64,000 bases of DNA from Gammaproteobacteria bacterium (GTDB lineage: Bacteria; Pseudomonadota; Gammaproteobacteria; GCA-001735895): the NCBI GenBank assembly GCA_050298595.1, contig JBNKUM010000085.1, positions 1 to 64,000 of the forward strand. The letters run 5' to 3'. The position numbers and the translations under genes are program-made. The notes beneath the pieces were generated by a model. The model worked only from the letters and a program-made list of their open reading frames with translations, did not search any database and was not told where the DNA came from. How positions within the stretch are numbered: the stretch's first letter is position 1; each line of letters begins with the position of its first letter. This document shows positions 40,314 to 49,415 of the stretch, one piece after another.

Positions 40314-41455
40314 GAACTACCTCCGTAAAACAGCAAGCTATTGCTCTGGATTGAGCTGGTGATATTGAGCGTGGGGTCAATAGGGTCAGCATGGGTCCAT
40401 TCCTGCACGGCATACAGCACTGCCTGCCAGGTTTTGGTATTGACAGCTTTGACATCATCCGGCAACAACACCTGAAACAGGCTTTGATTGTGGATATTAG
40501 CGGGGTCTACTGTTGCTGGGTCAAATCCTGTTGTCGCTGCATTGATCACTTTATCTAACGGTGTCTTAGTGTCGGCGATAGCCTCTTTCCAGGCTACTAT
40601 GCTGTTATCAGTTTTCTTGAGCCATACATTCCACAATAGCTTAACCGTTCCTCCTGACTTGCCTGCAATCAGGATATCGACAGCCGCATTCAAATCCCCC
40701 TCCAGCCTGAACACATAATGCAATTGTTTTGAGCTGTCTGGCAGGGTTTGCACGGCACAGATATGCGGTATCCAGCTATCAACTGAGGTATCCACCTGCA
40801 GGTATTCAACCTGTGGTTTCAGGCTAATTTCACCCTCTCTTTCACTACCCGGTGCACGCGACATTGCGCCCCATACCACCATTCGAGAATCCCCAACCAG
40901 CGGAACAGGATCGACGGCAAGCGAATAAGGAACTGGCGCTAATGCCATTTCGTAAGCCACCGATAATCGATAAGAGATATCGTTCTGGGTCGACCAGATA
41001 TGATTCAGGTTATCCAGATTCAGGGCATTTGGAACCACCTGTAACATAGCCACGGGCTGTCCAGCTGGATCGCTAATCGATAACAACGGTTGCTGGTGTA
41101 GAATGCGCATCACTTCACCGATCAGACGCAGTTCATTCTCACCCTTACTGACATCGCGTTCACTGCTACTACCTGGCGACTCAGGCTCGGTAGTTTGAAA
41201 ACTGACCGCAGTGATCAGGCAATGCAAACGCACAAAAAAGGGATTGTCGCTACTACCATCCGCAGGATAGCCATCGTAGGCAACATCGTAAAAAAACAGA
41301 TTCAGGCAATGGTCGTCCAGATCAACCAGTTCCTTGACATTGTCGGCCGGGTGGCCAATGCGAATATTATCAAGCGCTGAAATATCGGCGATATTATCCA
41401 GAAACAGATTTCGTAATCCATGTGCGGCGGATGATAGTGAACTCGCCGGTAGCAT
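40310..41455 (-). CDS. DUF4255/Pvc16-type tube terminator (cap) with a C-terminal extension
   Basis: LNLFFYDV...LHCLITA...LIGEVMRILHQQP...IWS...YRLSVAYE. Confidence 0.8.
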   Translation of the reverse strand: MLPASSLSSAAHGLRNLFLDNIADISALDNIRIGHPADNVKELVDLDDHCLNLFFYDVAYDGYPADGSSDNPFFVRLHCLITAVSFQTTEPESPGSSSERDVSKGENELRLIGEVMRILHQQPLLSISDPAGQPVAMLQVVPNALNLDNLNHIWSTQNDISYRLSVAYEMALAPVPYSLAVDPVPLVGDSRMVVWGAMSRAPGSEREGEISLKPQVEYLQVDTSVDSWIPHICAVQTLPDSSKQLHYVFRLEGDLNAAVDILIAGKSGGTVKLLWNVWLKKTDNSIVAWKEAIADTKTPLDKVINAATTGFDPATVDPANIHNQSLFQVLLPDDVKAVNTKTWQAVLYAVQEWTHADPIDPTLNITSSIQSNSLLFYGGSS

Positions 41456-42765
41456 TACAGCCTCCTCAGGTATTGACGGCTCGCCATTGAAATGGATGGA
41501 CGAATCGATCTACCTGCTGACGTAGATACAGCCACTGGTTTTTCGATAAACACATCCACCTGACCAATCCTGACTTCTGCTGAACCCTGACTGATCCGCA
41601 CAGGGTTTCCTGGAGACTGTAAATCGGCATGTTGACTGGCCAGTTGATTAGCAACCATATTGGTGGTCTGGGCTGCCATCACCTGCATACCTGCTGTTTT
41701 ATCCGTTTGCTGTTGAACCTGTGAATCGAGATTATGTAGTCGTGCTTCGGTCACAGACTGCCTGGTTTCAGCTGACGGCATTTCTGATTGTGCTTTTTCC
41801 GCTAAGTGAAGATCAGGATTGCTCTGCACCTGCTGAGAGTCATGGTTACCAGTTTCTGTATACAGGGCTGTTGCGATATCTGGTGATACATTTTGCGCTG
41901 AGGTATCGGTCTCTTGCCCGCGACTGGAGTTCGTTTGCTGAGGATTGCTAGCTTCTGTATTAAGCCGACTATGCTTGAATTCAACTTCATTGAAGCTTTT
42001 GACAACAGAGTCCGTCGCCTTTAACTGGCTTTCATTCGACCCTGATGAAGTTACCTTTTCATCCGTGACCGACATTTTTGAAAATCCTGTATCGCTAGTA
42101 TCAAATGCTGACTCTCTAACCTCAGGCTGAATCGGGGTTTGTGTATTGCTGGACTGCTTAAGCTTTTTATCCTGCTTCTCCTGAATATATTTCCTGGCCC
42201 TGGCTGCTGGCATTTTTTGTGTAGGGAAATCAGTGGCTGGATCAGATGATAAATTCTTTTCTAATGACTGAGTCCGGACGCTGGATAAATCTGATGAATC
42301 CGCATTTATTTCACCCGGCTTCATTGAGACGCTGGGCAAATATGATTTAGATTGCGGAAAATCCTGATTGCGCTGAACCGGGGATGTGAGTGAGACCGGT
42401 TTAGCTGCTTTTTCACTCTGCCTGGTAATCTGCTGAGGTAAAACATGTTTGGCCTGATAAACATGACTGTTGTTTTTTTCTGGCCGTGAAAGTCGCTCCG
42501 ATTTAATGGCTTGAGTATCCCGTAAGTTGCTTAATTGAGATGACCGATGATGTCTGTCCAGAACTGGAGTATTCGAAACAATTGGGCCGGTTTGACTCTG
42601 CCTGGGCAACAGGCTATCGCTCTGTCTGCCTGAAGATTTCGCTAACATGTTGTCAGACGAACTGGTGACTGGCATTGGTACAGAAACACTGGCTGGGCTC
42701 GTATACGAACGTTGTAGGGACTTTGCAGGGCGGGCATCAGCTATTACAGACTTCAGAAAACCCAT
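41455..42765 (-). CDS. Largely disordered S/Q/T-rich eCIS protein
   Basis: Low-complexity centre with short ordered termini (MGFLKSVIADAR; EVRIGQVDVFIE). Overlaps the downstream gene by 1 nt. Confidence 0.7.
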   Translation of the reverse strand: MGFLKSVIADARPAKSLQRSYTSPASVSVPMPVTSSSDNMLAKSSGRQSDSLLPRQSQTGPIVSNTPVLDRHHRSSQLSNLRDTQAIKSERLSRPEKNNSHVYQAKHVLPQQITRQSEKAAKPVSLTSPVQRNQDFPQSKSYLPSVSMKPGEINADSSDLSSVRTQSLEKNLSSDPATDFPTQKMPAARARKYIQEKQDKKLKQSSNTQTPIQPEVRESAFDTSDTGFSKMSVTDEKVTSSGSNESQLKATDSVVKSFNEVEFKHSRLNTEASNPQQTNSSRGQETDTSAQNVSPDIATALYTETGNHDSQQVQSNPDLHLAEKAQSEMPSAETRQSVTEARLHNLDSQVQQQTDKTAGMQVMAAQTTNMVANQLASQHADLQSPGNPVRISQGSAEVRIGQVDVFIEKPVAVSTSAGRSIRPSISMASRQYLRRL

Positions 42766-42769
42766 TGTA

Positions 42770-43594
42770 CTAACCTGCGCTACCGCTGTGCGAAGAGCGG
42801 CTTATCAGTTGCAAATAGCGTCGGCGTTTTGTACGCGGCAAATCGAGGATTTCAGCTTCACTCCAGTGGTAGTGACTGGCCAGGGTATGAATCTCGTCGT
42901 AAAAAAAGTATTCATCCAGACCAATATTGGCGTAGTGATCCAGTAAGGCGCTTTGTTCGGTATGACACTCAGGGCAGCTAACCAGCAGACGATCACAAAC
43001 TGCGGGGGCAACCTCATCCAGCGCTTCGTCAATGGCCTCGATTTCAGCCTCGTTCAGCAAGCGAGAAAAGTCTGCATGCGGTGACTCGCCATTTACCGAA
43101 CAGATACATTGCTGCAACAGGGTGAGTAAAGCTTCATCCTCTGATATTTGTGAGATAGCCTGCTGATCCTGTCCATTGGGCACCCTGGCTTTTATATCCC
43201 AGTTTTCCAGATGTAATGAAACCTCAGGAAAGCTGTCACCAGCCGCTTTAACAGGTAACTCACAACGCTGTAATTCGACATCAAACGGCTCTCCACAATG
43301 ACCACAATCTACCTTCAGCCACATTTGCTCCCCGCCGAGTAAGGCAGCTAGCCGTAGCATTAGATACTGGCGGTCAGCCACAGTTAGACGAGATACGATA
43401 TCGGCATCCACTGCTGATTCACCAATTGCATCCAGCACCTGAGAGAGCACGGCTGTTACATAGGCAGGTCGATCCAGATTCGCTGCGGACTCAATCAGCG
43501 ATTGCTCAATACGTCCAGTCAAAGGCCGAAATCTGGCATTACGTTGAATGCATCCACCCTGTAGCAGGCCACCGGGAAGCTGTACTTCCATCAT
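42770..43594 (-). CDS. Tail assembly chaperone / gp26-like protein with two CxxC pairs and a DUF6760-like C-terminus
   Basis: RPLTG..E, LTVADRQYLML, CGHC, CPEC and EIHTLASHYHWSEAEILDLP...RRRY; follows the tube gene. Confidence 0.7.
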   Translation of the reverse strand: MMEVQLPGGLLQGGCIQRNARFRPLTGRIEQSLIESAANLDRPAYVTAVLSQVLDAIGESAVDADIVSRLTVADRQYLMLRLAALLGGEQMWLKVDCGHCGEPFDVELQRCELPVKAAGDSFPEVSLHLENWDIKARVPNGQDQQAISQISEDEALLTLLQQCICSVNGESPHADFSRLLNEAEIEAIDEALDEVAPAVCDRLLVSCPECHTEQSALLDHYANIGLDEYFFYDEIHTLASHYHWSEAEILDLPRTKRRRYLQLISRSSHSGSAG

Positions 43595-43612
43595 TTTCAG
43601 TGACTCCTGTCA

Positions 43613-44122
43613 TCAGGATTCACTGGGTTCAGAGACTGCTTCATCACGGTCCCAGCCTTCATGCTCTAGCTTGATGGTCTGTATACCAACAGTATTGGTG
43701 GTGCCTGCATCGAATTCCGGCAAGGCCTGATACTCTGACACCCAGGCACGTTTCACCTGATAACTCATCGCCACCACACCCTGCAAATTCAACACATTGA
43801 TAACAATATCCTTACGGAAATTAACCAGCGACATGGCAGCATCGCCGTCTATGTTGTTGACCAGATTGGCCCATTGCTCGAATACTGGGTCATGGGTGAG
43901 TCCCTGCTCCAGTGTAATGGCTTCGTATTTGGTACCACCAGGCAGTTTACGCACATGGGTGGGATCACCTCCGGTACGCCAGTCGACGGCTTCGGTGGTT
44001 TTTTTCAATGCGCCCATTTTCCTCAGGCCTGCCACGGGCTGACCATCAATAAGAACCTGGAATTTAAACGTGCGATAGGGATCGTGACGATGCGCATTCG
44101 CGGGAAAGAGTGGTGCAGCCAT
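43613..44122 (-). CDS. Tail tube protein (T4 gp19-like, Afp1/5)
   Basis: DPYRTFKFQV, KLPG.TKYEAITLEQG and I.L.HEGW motifs. Confidence 0.93.
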   Translation of the reverse strand: MAAPLFPANAHRHDPYRTFKFQVLIDGQPVAGLRKMGALKKTTEAVDWRTGGDPTHVRKLPGGTKYEAITLEQGLTHDPVFEQWANLVNNIDGDAAMSLVNFRKDIVINVLNLQGVVAMSYQVKRAWVSEYQALPEFDAGTTNTVGIQTIKLEHEGWDRDEAVSEPSES

Positions 44123-44134
44123 ATCAATTCTCCT

Positions 44135-46516
44135 TTATTGCAGGTTGACTTTTTGCTGTATACGGACGATGACGAATTCAGCGGGTTTGAGTGGCGCAAA
44201 GCCGACTATGACAATGACCTGGCCTGCATCTATGTCACCCTGTGTCATGGTGTCTCCAAGACCGCAGCGTACAAAATAGGCATCTGATGCCTTCTCCCCC
44301 TGAAATGCACCGGCACGAAAAAGGCCATTCATAAAATTGCCAATATTGGCTCGCAGAGAAGACCATAGCCGATGATCATTCGGTTCGAAAACGGCCCACT
44401 GAATACCATTGAAGATACTTTGCTCAATCATAATTGCGGTACGACGTACAGGAACATAACGCCATTCGGGATCGGCTTTGGTAGCCAGTGTACGTGCACC
44501 CCAGATCACCCTGCCACCGCCTGGCATATTCCTGAAACAGTTTACGCCCAATGGATTGAGCTGGTCCTGCTCTCCATCTTCCACCTTATATTTGAAATCA
44601 GCGACTCCGAGCAGGCCGGTACCCATCCCAGCTGGCGCCTTCCACACACCTCGCTTACCATCTATGCGTGACCACATACCTGCGGCAAATGATGAAGGTG
44701 CGACATCAATGGTCTTATCGGCCGTTGGATTTTTTTCAGCATGGTATAAGGGATTGGCAACCTTGACCCAGGGGTAGTACAACACCGAGTAGGTAGATGA
44801 TGGCAGGGCCAGTCCATTCACCGTTGCCGCCTGATCCAGTTCCAGTGATGGCGGTGGGTCAACGATTAGGACACGACTCTTAACCGCCTGACAATGAGCC
44901 AGTGACGCACTCAGAATAGCATTGCCACTACCATCAGAAGCCCAGTATTCGCCAGGATTTAGCAAGATACTGACGTCACGAACCTTGCGTAAAACACTGT
45001 CGTAAAAATCGGTAAAATCATTGGCTGTGGCATCATTTTCCTTGCCATCCAGTAATGCCACACCCTGCTCGTTGAGACCCAGTGTCTGTAGCGGTATTAC
45101 CCGGTAAGTACCCTGCGAGATAGAACGCCCCACCGTTGTTGCTGCACCGCTTGTAGTATCCAGTTTTAACACGCCCCCCAGTGATGCAGCATCTACCGAC
45201 AGATCTGACGTGCGAGCAGAAGCATTTCCGGATGTCATCCTGAACTTGCGATTCGCCAGTGTGCTATCGTACAGGTATTCACATTTGAAATCCTTGTAAG
45301 CAGCTATTGCAGGATTCAATGCCTGTACTGCATTCTGGATCGCTGCAGCAATATTTTCTCCGTCACTTTTATTATCACCAGAGAGATCGATATTCGTTGT
45401 ATCCAGAGTGATTGTTTCCGACCCATGCTTATCTATTTCGAACGTTAGTGTCATCTGGCCGGTTATATTGGTATCAAAATAGCTAGCATTAAAAGAACCT
45501 CCATGACCCAATAGCACCGCAGGTTGTTTTGAATCCATTCGTAATAAAGCTGCTAGCGTGCCATCGCTCACCTCTATCGAGGCCGTTGACTTTTCATCTT
45601 CATCGGATGGTTCAGCAGAACTCAACACAAACTTGTCTGTACTGAAAACACAGCTAAAGCCCTGATAAGCATCTTCGGTGCTCAGAGCTCGTACTGCCTT
45701 CTGGATTTCAGCTGCCAGAGAGGCTGCATCATCGGCATGGGCGGTACCGAGGAGAGGAGTTGTGAAATTTGATGGCGTTAGCGTTATAAGCTTTGCCCCC
45801 AGGCTATTGATATTCAGGGTCAGGGTAACAGGTCCAGTTATCGCTGCAGAATAATAGGTATTATCAGTAGCATCCAAAGCACCACCGCTCAAGCTAGCTG
45901 CCTGATATTGTTCATCCACAGAATCAGCAGGATCGGCAGATTCCTCCAGTGAAAGCTCTACATAACTGGAGTTACCGTTCACACGATCCAGCGCATAGTT
46001 ATCATCTCCAGCCCTCATGGTCAGCCCAGCAAAGCTTTCGTCACTGATAAACTGTCCTTTTTCCATATGACCAATTTCGAGATCGAAACTGAGTGAATCC
46101 TGATCCGCTTTAACGATTCGGTAGTACAGCTTATTGCCCCAGTCGCCTTTACTGGATGCAGAAATTCTGAGTACTGATTTTGCAGTCTGTGCTCCAGTTG
46201 TCCCCTGCAGGGTTCCCTGACCTTTAACCGCTGAGCTAGCTGCTGCTGATCCAGCACCGGCCAGCCGACAGATATAAGCAGTTTTACCACCATTCAGGTA
46301 AAATGCCTGCACGGCCAGACCCATAGCATCTTTTTCTGAAGCTATGTCGCCATATTCATTATTGTAATCATCGAAACTCTGGATCAGTCTGGCTTCACCA
46401 ACCGGTCCCTTAGTTGCCTTGCCAACAAAAGCTGCGACCGATGTCGCCACACCCTCTATTGGCCTTGACCCACTTGGAATTTCTTCTATATAAACACCAG
46501 GATGTAAATATGCCAT
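44135..46516 (-). CDS. Contractile tail sheath protein with a large inserted domain
   Basis: YLHPGVYIEE, RGVWKAPAG, WGARTL, WRYVPVRR, WAVFEPN and APLKPAEFV motifs. Confidence 0.95.
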   Translation of the reverse strand: MAYLHPGVYIEEIPSGSRPIEGVATSVAAFVGKATKGPVGEARLIQSFDDYNNEYGDIASEKDAMGLAVQAFYLNGGKTAYICRLAGAGSAAASSAVKGQGTLQGTTGAQTAKSVLRISASSKGDWGNKLYYRIVKADQDSLSFDLEIGHMEKGQFISDESFAGLTMRAGDDNYALDRVNGNSSYVELSLEESADPADSVDEQYQAASLSGGALDATDNTYYSAAITGPVTLTLNINSLGAKLITLTPSNFTTPLLGTAHADDAASLAAEIQKAVRALSTEDAYQGFSCVFSTDKFVLSSAEPSDEDEKSTASIEVSDGTLAALLRMDSKQPAVLLGHGGSFNASYFDTNITGQMTLTFEIDKHGSETITLDTTNIDLSGDNKSDGENIAAAIQNAVQALNPAIAAYKDFKCEYLYDSTLANRKFRMTSGNASARTSDLSVDAASLGGVLKLDTTSGAATTVGRSISQGTYRVIPLQTLGLNEQGVALLDGKENDATANDFTDFYDSVLRKVRDVSILLNPGEYWASDGSGNAILSASLAHCQAVKSRVLIVDPPPSLELDQAATVNGLALPSSTYSVLYYPWVKVANPLYHAEKNPTADKTIDVAPSSFAAGMWSRIDGKRGVWKAPAGMGTGLLGVADFKYKVEDGEQDQLNPLGVNCFRNMPGGGRVIWGARTLATKADPEWRYVPVRRTAIMIEQSIFNGIQWAVFEPNDHRLWSSLRANIGNFMNGLFRAGAFQGEKASDAYFVRCGLGDTMTQGDIDAGQVIVIVGFAPLKPAEFVIVRIQQKVNLQ

Positions 46517-46636
46517 TTTGATCCTCCAGACCAGATCTAGTTATTTAGCTAACAAAAATTCATTTATTCCATACTTGTTTCAAAGTGATCCGTCACATGT
46601 AATACAACATACTCCTGTTCGATTTACTCTTTACTC

Positions 46637-46885
46637 TTAACCCTTTTCCGGTTTCAATGCCTCTTTCAGGCTATAAAAAGTCTCCCGGTTTGGATTAATA
46701 TTTTTTGAAACCTTACCTTGCTCGGCCAGTTGTTCGAGTGCCTGTTCTACCAGGTTTTTATTTTTCATAATCGATTGCTGCATCAGCCACCAATGCATAA
46801 CGCCTTCCAGTGAGTCAGACGCCATGGGTCGCTTTTGTAGATACTCCATTATTTCTGCAGCGATTGTGTTTACATCATCATCCAT
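46637..46885 (-). CDS. Small winged-helix-like protein, first gene of the eCIS operon
   Basis: EIMEYLQKRP.ASDSLEGV.HWWL...VEQALEQL...G.V....FYSL pattern; sits between the sigma54 promoter and the sheath gene. Confidence 0.72.
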   Translation of the reverse strand: MDDDVNTIAAEIMEYLQKRPMASDSLEGVMHWWLMQQSIMKNKNLVEQALEQLAEQGKVSKNINPNRETFYSLKEALKPEKG

Positions 46886-46925
46886 AAACTCGACACATAA
46901 CCTTTAGTTAACAGGGTCTCTACAA

Positions 46926-46941
46926 TGCATCAGATGTGCCA
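46926..46941 (-). promoter_or_regulatory. sigma54 (-24/-12) promoter of the eCIS operon
   Basis: The minus strand reads TGGCACATCTGATGCA (GG-N10-GC), 40 bp upstream of the first ATG. Confidence 0.8.
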
Positions 46942-46969
46942 TATTCCATATTTTTAAATAAATGGTTTA

Positions 46970-46982
46970 AAACACATTGATA
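46970..46982 (-). promoter_or_regulatory. IHF-like site
   Basis: TATCAATGTGTTT, one mismatch to WATCAAnnnnTTR, in AT-rich DNA between the promoter and the enhancer palindromes. Confidence 0.4.
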
Positions 46983-47028
46983 AAGGGGTTCCTGTAGTCA
47001 TAGTGAACTCAAAGAAGAATCCTTAATC

Positions 47029-47132
47029 TGAGGCAAAAAAGCCTCACTATAAATTGAAGTACGAGTTAACAGGCTGATGGAGCGAGTTTTATTGCTACCG
47101 ATATTTATTCTTGTTAGGGCAAAATAACCTCA
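47029..47132. promoter_or_regulatory. Two 18-bp enhancer-like palindromes
   Basis: TGAGGC-AAAAAA-GCCTCA (47029-47046) and the related TAGGGC-AAAATA-ACCTCA (47115-47132). Confidence 0.6.
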
Positions 47133-47151
47133 CCACCCGGCACCAAAGTGC

Positions 47152-47176
47152 AAAAAAAATCGGCGTAACGCCGATT
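47152..47176 (-). terminator. Rho-independent terminator of the activator gene
   Basis: AATCGGCG-TTA-CGCCGATT followed by a T run on the minus strand. Confidence 0.8.
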
Positions 47177-47201
47177 GATATCCAGAACATGGAAAGTTAG
47201 T

Positions 47202-48614
47202 TTATTTTGATATTTCTACATGACCAACATGAGCCTTAGCAGCTGTTAATAACCCATATTTTTCCATCAGCCGAGTAAACGATCTACGCTCTTTACCGGC
47301 AATACGAGCGGCTTCAGAGATGTTACCCTTAGCCTTATCCAATACACTAACCAGATAACGTTGTTCAAAATCTTCGATAACACAGGACTTGGCCTCTACC
47401 ATAGGTTGAGACATCAATCTATGCAGACGGCGGTCTCCATTAAAAGCTCGTCTTTCACGCTTTCTGGTTTCCAGCTCATCAATATAGATATATTTCCCTT
47501 CCGCCATCAAAAACTCTCGATGTAGCGTATTCTCAAGCTCTCTTACATTGCCTGGCCAGTCATGGTATCTAAGTGCCTCCAGCGAACCAGGGTGTAGTGT
47601 TCTCTCTGGCTGATCATACTGAAACTGCAATTGACGAATAAAATGTTCTGCCAGTAACTGGATATCCCCACTGCGCTCTCTTAGCGGTGGTAACAGAATA
47701 TTAATCAGGTTGATTCGATAGAAAAGGTCTTTACGGAACTCACCTTGTTCAACCATCTCTGCAATGTTTTCATTGGTTGCCGTAATAATCCGTACATTGG
47801 CTTTTTTAGCGGCTTTACTACCCAGGGGGCGGTATATCAGGTTTTCCAGAAATCGTAACAATACTACCTGCCCTCTAGCTGACAGGGTTTCAATTTCATC
47901 CAGGAATAAGGTGCCGCCATCGGCCTGACATATTAAACCGTTGCTACTTGCTGACGCATCGGTAAAAGCACCCTTCTCATGTCCAAACAACTCATTTTCA
48001 ATTAACTGGTCGGGTAATGCGCCACAGTTAGTAGCAATAAAGGGCTGATCTTTTCTGGTGCCCAGATAATGAATCGCACGCGCAACTAGCTCCTTACCGG
48101 TTCCAGTTTCACCATCGATATAAACAGGTGCATCACAGTGCATAATTTTATGTATTTTTTTAAGTACCTGCTGGAACCCTGGTGAATTTCCGATCAGTTT
48201 CATTTGTCTGAAAATATTGACATCAACTGCTTCGCTGGAAAAATCTCGATATATCAATTTACCCAGCCGATAATCCAGTTCGTTGGTTTCACAGGGAAAG
48301 GTCTCGATTTCATTACAGGCTTTGACTATTTCAGGAATGAACAGCGGGGTTTTCTCTGCAAATAACCCTAATACTGGTATGGCAGGATCCAGTTTTAAAA
48401 TATCAATAGTGTCTGATTTACACTGGTTTTTTTCAGTAAAGAGCAGTATAAGCGCTATTATGCTACCTTCACTCATTAACTTATCCAGTAGTATGCGATT
48501 TTTTACAAGATGAATATTCAGGTATCCGGCATGCTCCAGCATCAAAGAGAGTTGCTTGTCGTCTGCTGAGCTGGCGTTTGAATAAATGATTATTTTTTCT
48601 GCCTGACTTTCCAT
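47202..48614 (-). CDS. sigma54 enhancer-binding protein with a degenerate receiver-like N-terminus
   Basis: GETGTGKE, ENELFGHEKGAFTDA, LFLDEI, WPGNVRELEN and a C-terminal GNISEAARIAG HTH. Confidence 0.92.
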   Translation of the reverse strand: MESQAEKIIIYSNASSADDKQLSLMLEHAGYLNIHLVKNRILLDKLMSEGSIIALILLFTEKNQCKSDTIDILKLDPAIPVLGLFAEKTPLFIPEIVKACNEIETFPCETNELDYRLGKLIYRDFSSEAVDVNIFRQMKLIGNSPGFQQVLKKIHKIMHCDAPVYIDGETGTGKELVARAIHYLGTRKDQPFIATNCGALPDQLIENELFGHEKGAFTDASASSNGLICQADGGTLFLDEIETLSARGQVVLLRFLENLIYRPLGSKAAKKANVRIITATNENIAEMVEQGEFRKDLFYRINLINILLPPLRERSGDIQLLAEHFIRQLQFQYDQPERTLHPGSLEALRYHDWPGNVRELENTLHREFLMAEGKYIYIDELETRKRERRAFNGDRRLHRLMSQPMVEAKSCVIEDFEQRYLVSVLDKAKGNISEAARIAGKERRSFTRLMEKYGLLTAAKAHVGHVEISK

Positions 48615-49109
48615 AGTACTTCTCCGTTTTTATATAATAAATACTATGTGCCTTATCTCTCCTTTAAAACGACCTCTCTGGAACAAGCGAAATGTATGCA
48701 CAGACTATTGAGTCTAATCAAAATATATTTCTATTCAATTAAATTATGTATATTAAAACAACCTGGCTCATCAAAGCATTTTATAGACCCCAGTTTAAAC
48801 AGTATTTATTACCAGTTTTTTTCCCGATTAATAAAAGTACTCAAGTCAAAGAATTAATGAGCAAGGATTCACTAACAAGATCTATTAACCCGTCACAAGC
48901 TGAAATATTTCCCATTTAGTACAACCTTAATATCAGAGGTTCCGCTTAGATTTGGAGCCGCAGTAAGCAGACAGACAAATGATTTTTTATCTTGTACACA
49001 TGCTGACCAGTTTCGGATTAAAAACCAATTATCTCACACGCAACATTAATAAAGTAATAATGAAGAGCAGCAGAAAGACCAGGCATTTGATCAATATTAG
49101 AAATTGCTA

Positions 49110-49413
49110 AATCAAAGGTATCTGACCTGAAGGGTAAAGCGGTGGGTTACCCTGCCCCCACAGCACTGGCAGCGCCCCTGATGCCCCAATATTATCTTCA
49201 GACTCATGGTATTAACGTGATAGCCGAGCTGGGCAATAAATACATAGGCTCTAAGGAATCGTCAGTGATGAATGTTTTTTCTGGTAAATCTGCAGCTTCG
49301 GCTACCTGGCCACCACCCTGGAAAGCTCTGAGTAAAAAGCGCCCTGAACTGGCTGAGCAACTCCATGACTCCATGTGATCTGGCAAACAGAACCTTTGCT
49401 AAACAATGGCTTA
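49110..49413 (+). pseudogene. Fragment of a PhnD-like substrate-binding protein
   Basis: SDLKGKAVGYPAPTALAA...YIGSKESSVMNV...ATWPPPW. An 8-bp duplication shifts the frame before VIWQTEPLLNNGL. No intact start was found. Confidence 0.65.
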
Positions 49414-49415
49414 AA

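Noticed and set aside
16294-46516. Prophage or type VI secretion system
   Set aside because: No capsid, portal, terminase, integrase or replication genes, and no TssJ/L/M, TssA or ClpV. The ATPase, DUF4255 and DUF4157 content fits an eCIS.
48648-48857. 69-aa ORF in AT-rich DNA upstream of the activator gene
   Set aside because: No clear RBS or recognisable motif; more likely the promoter region of the activator gene.
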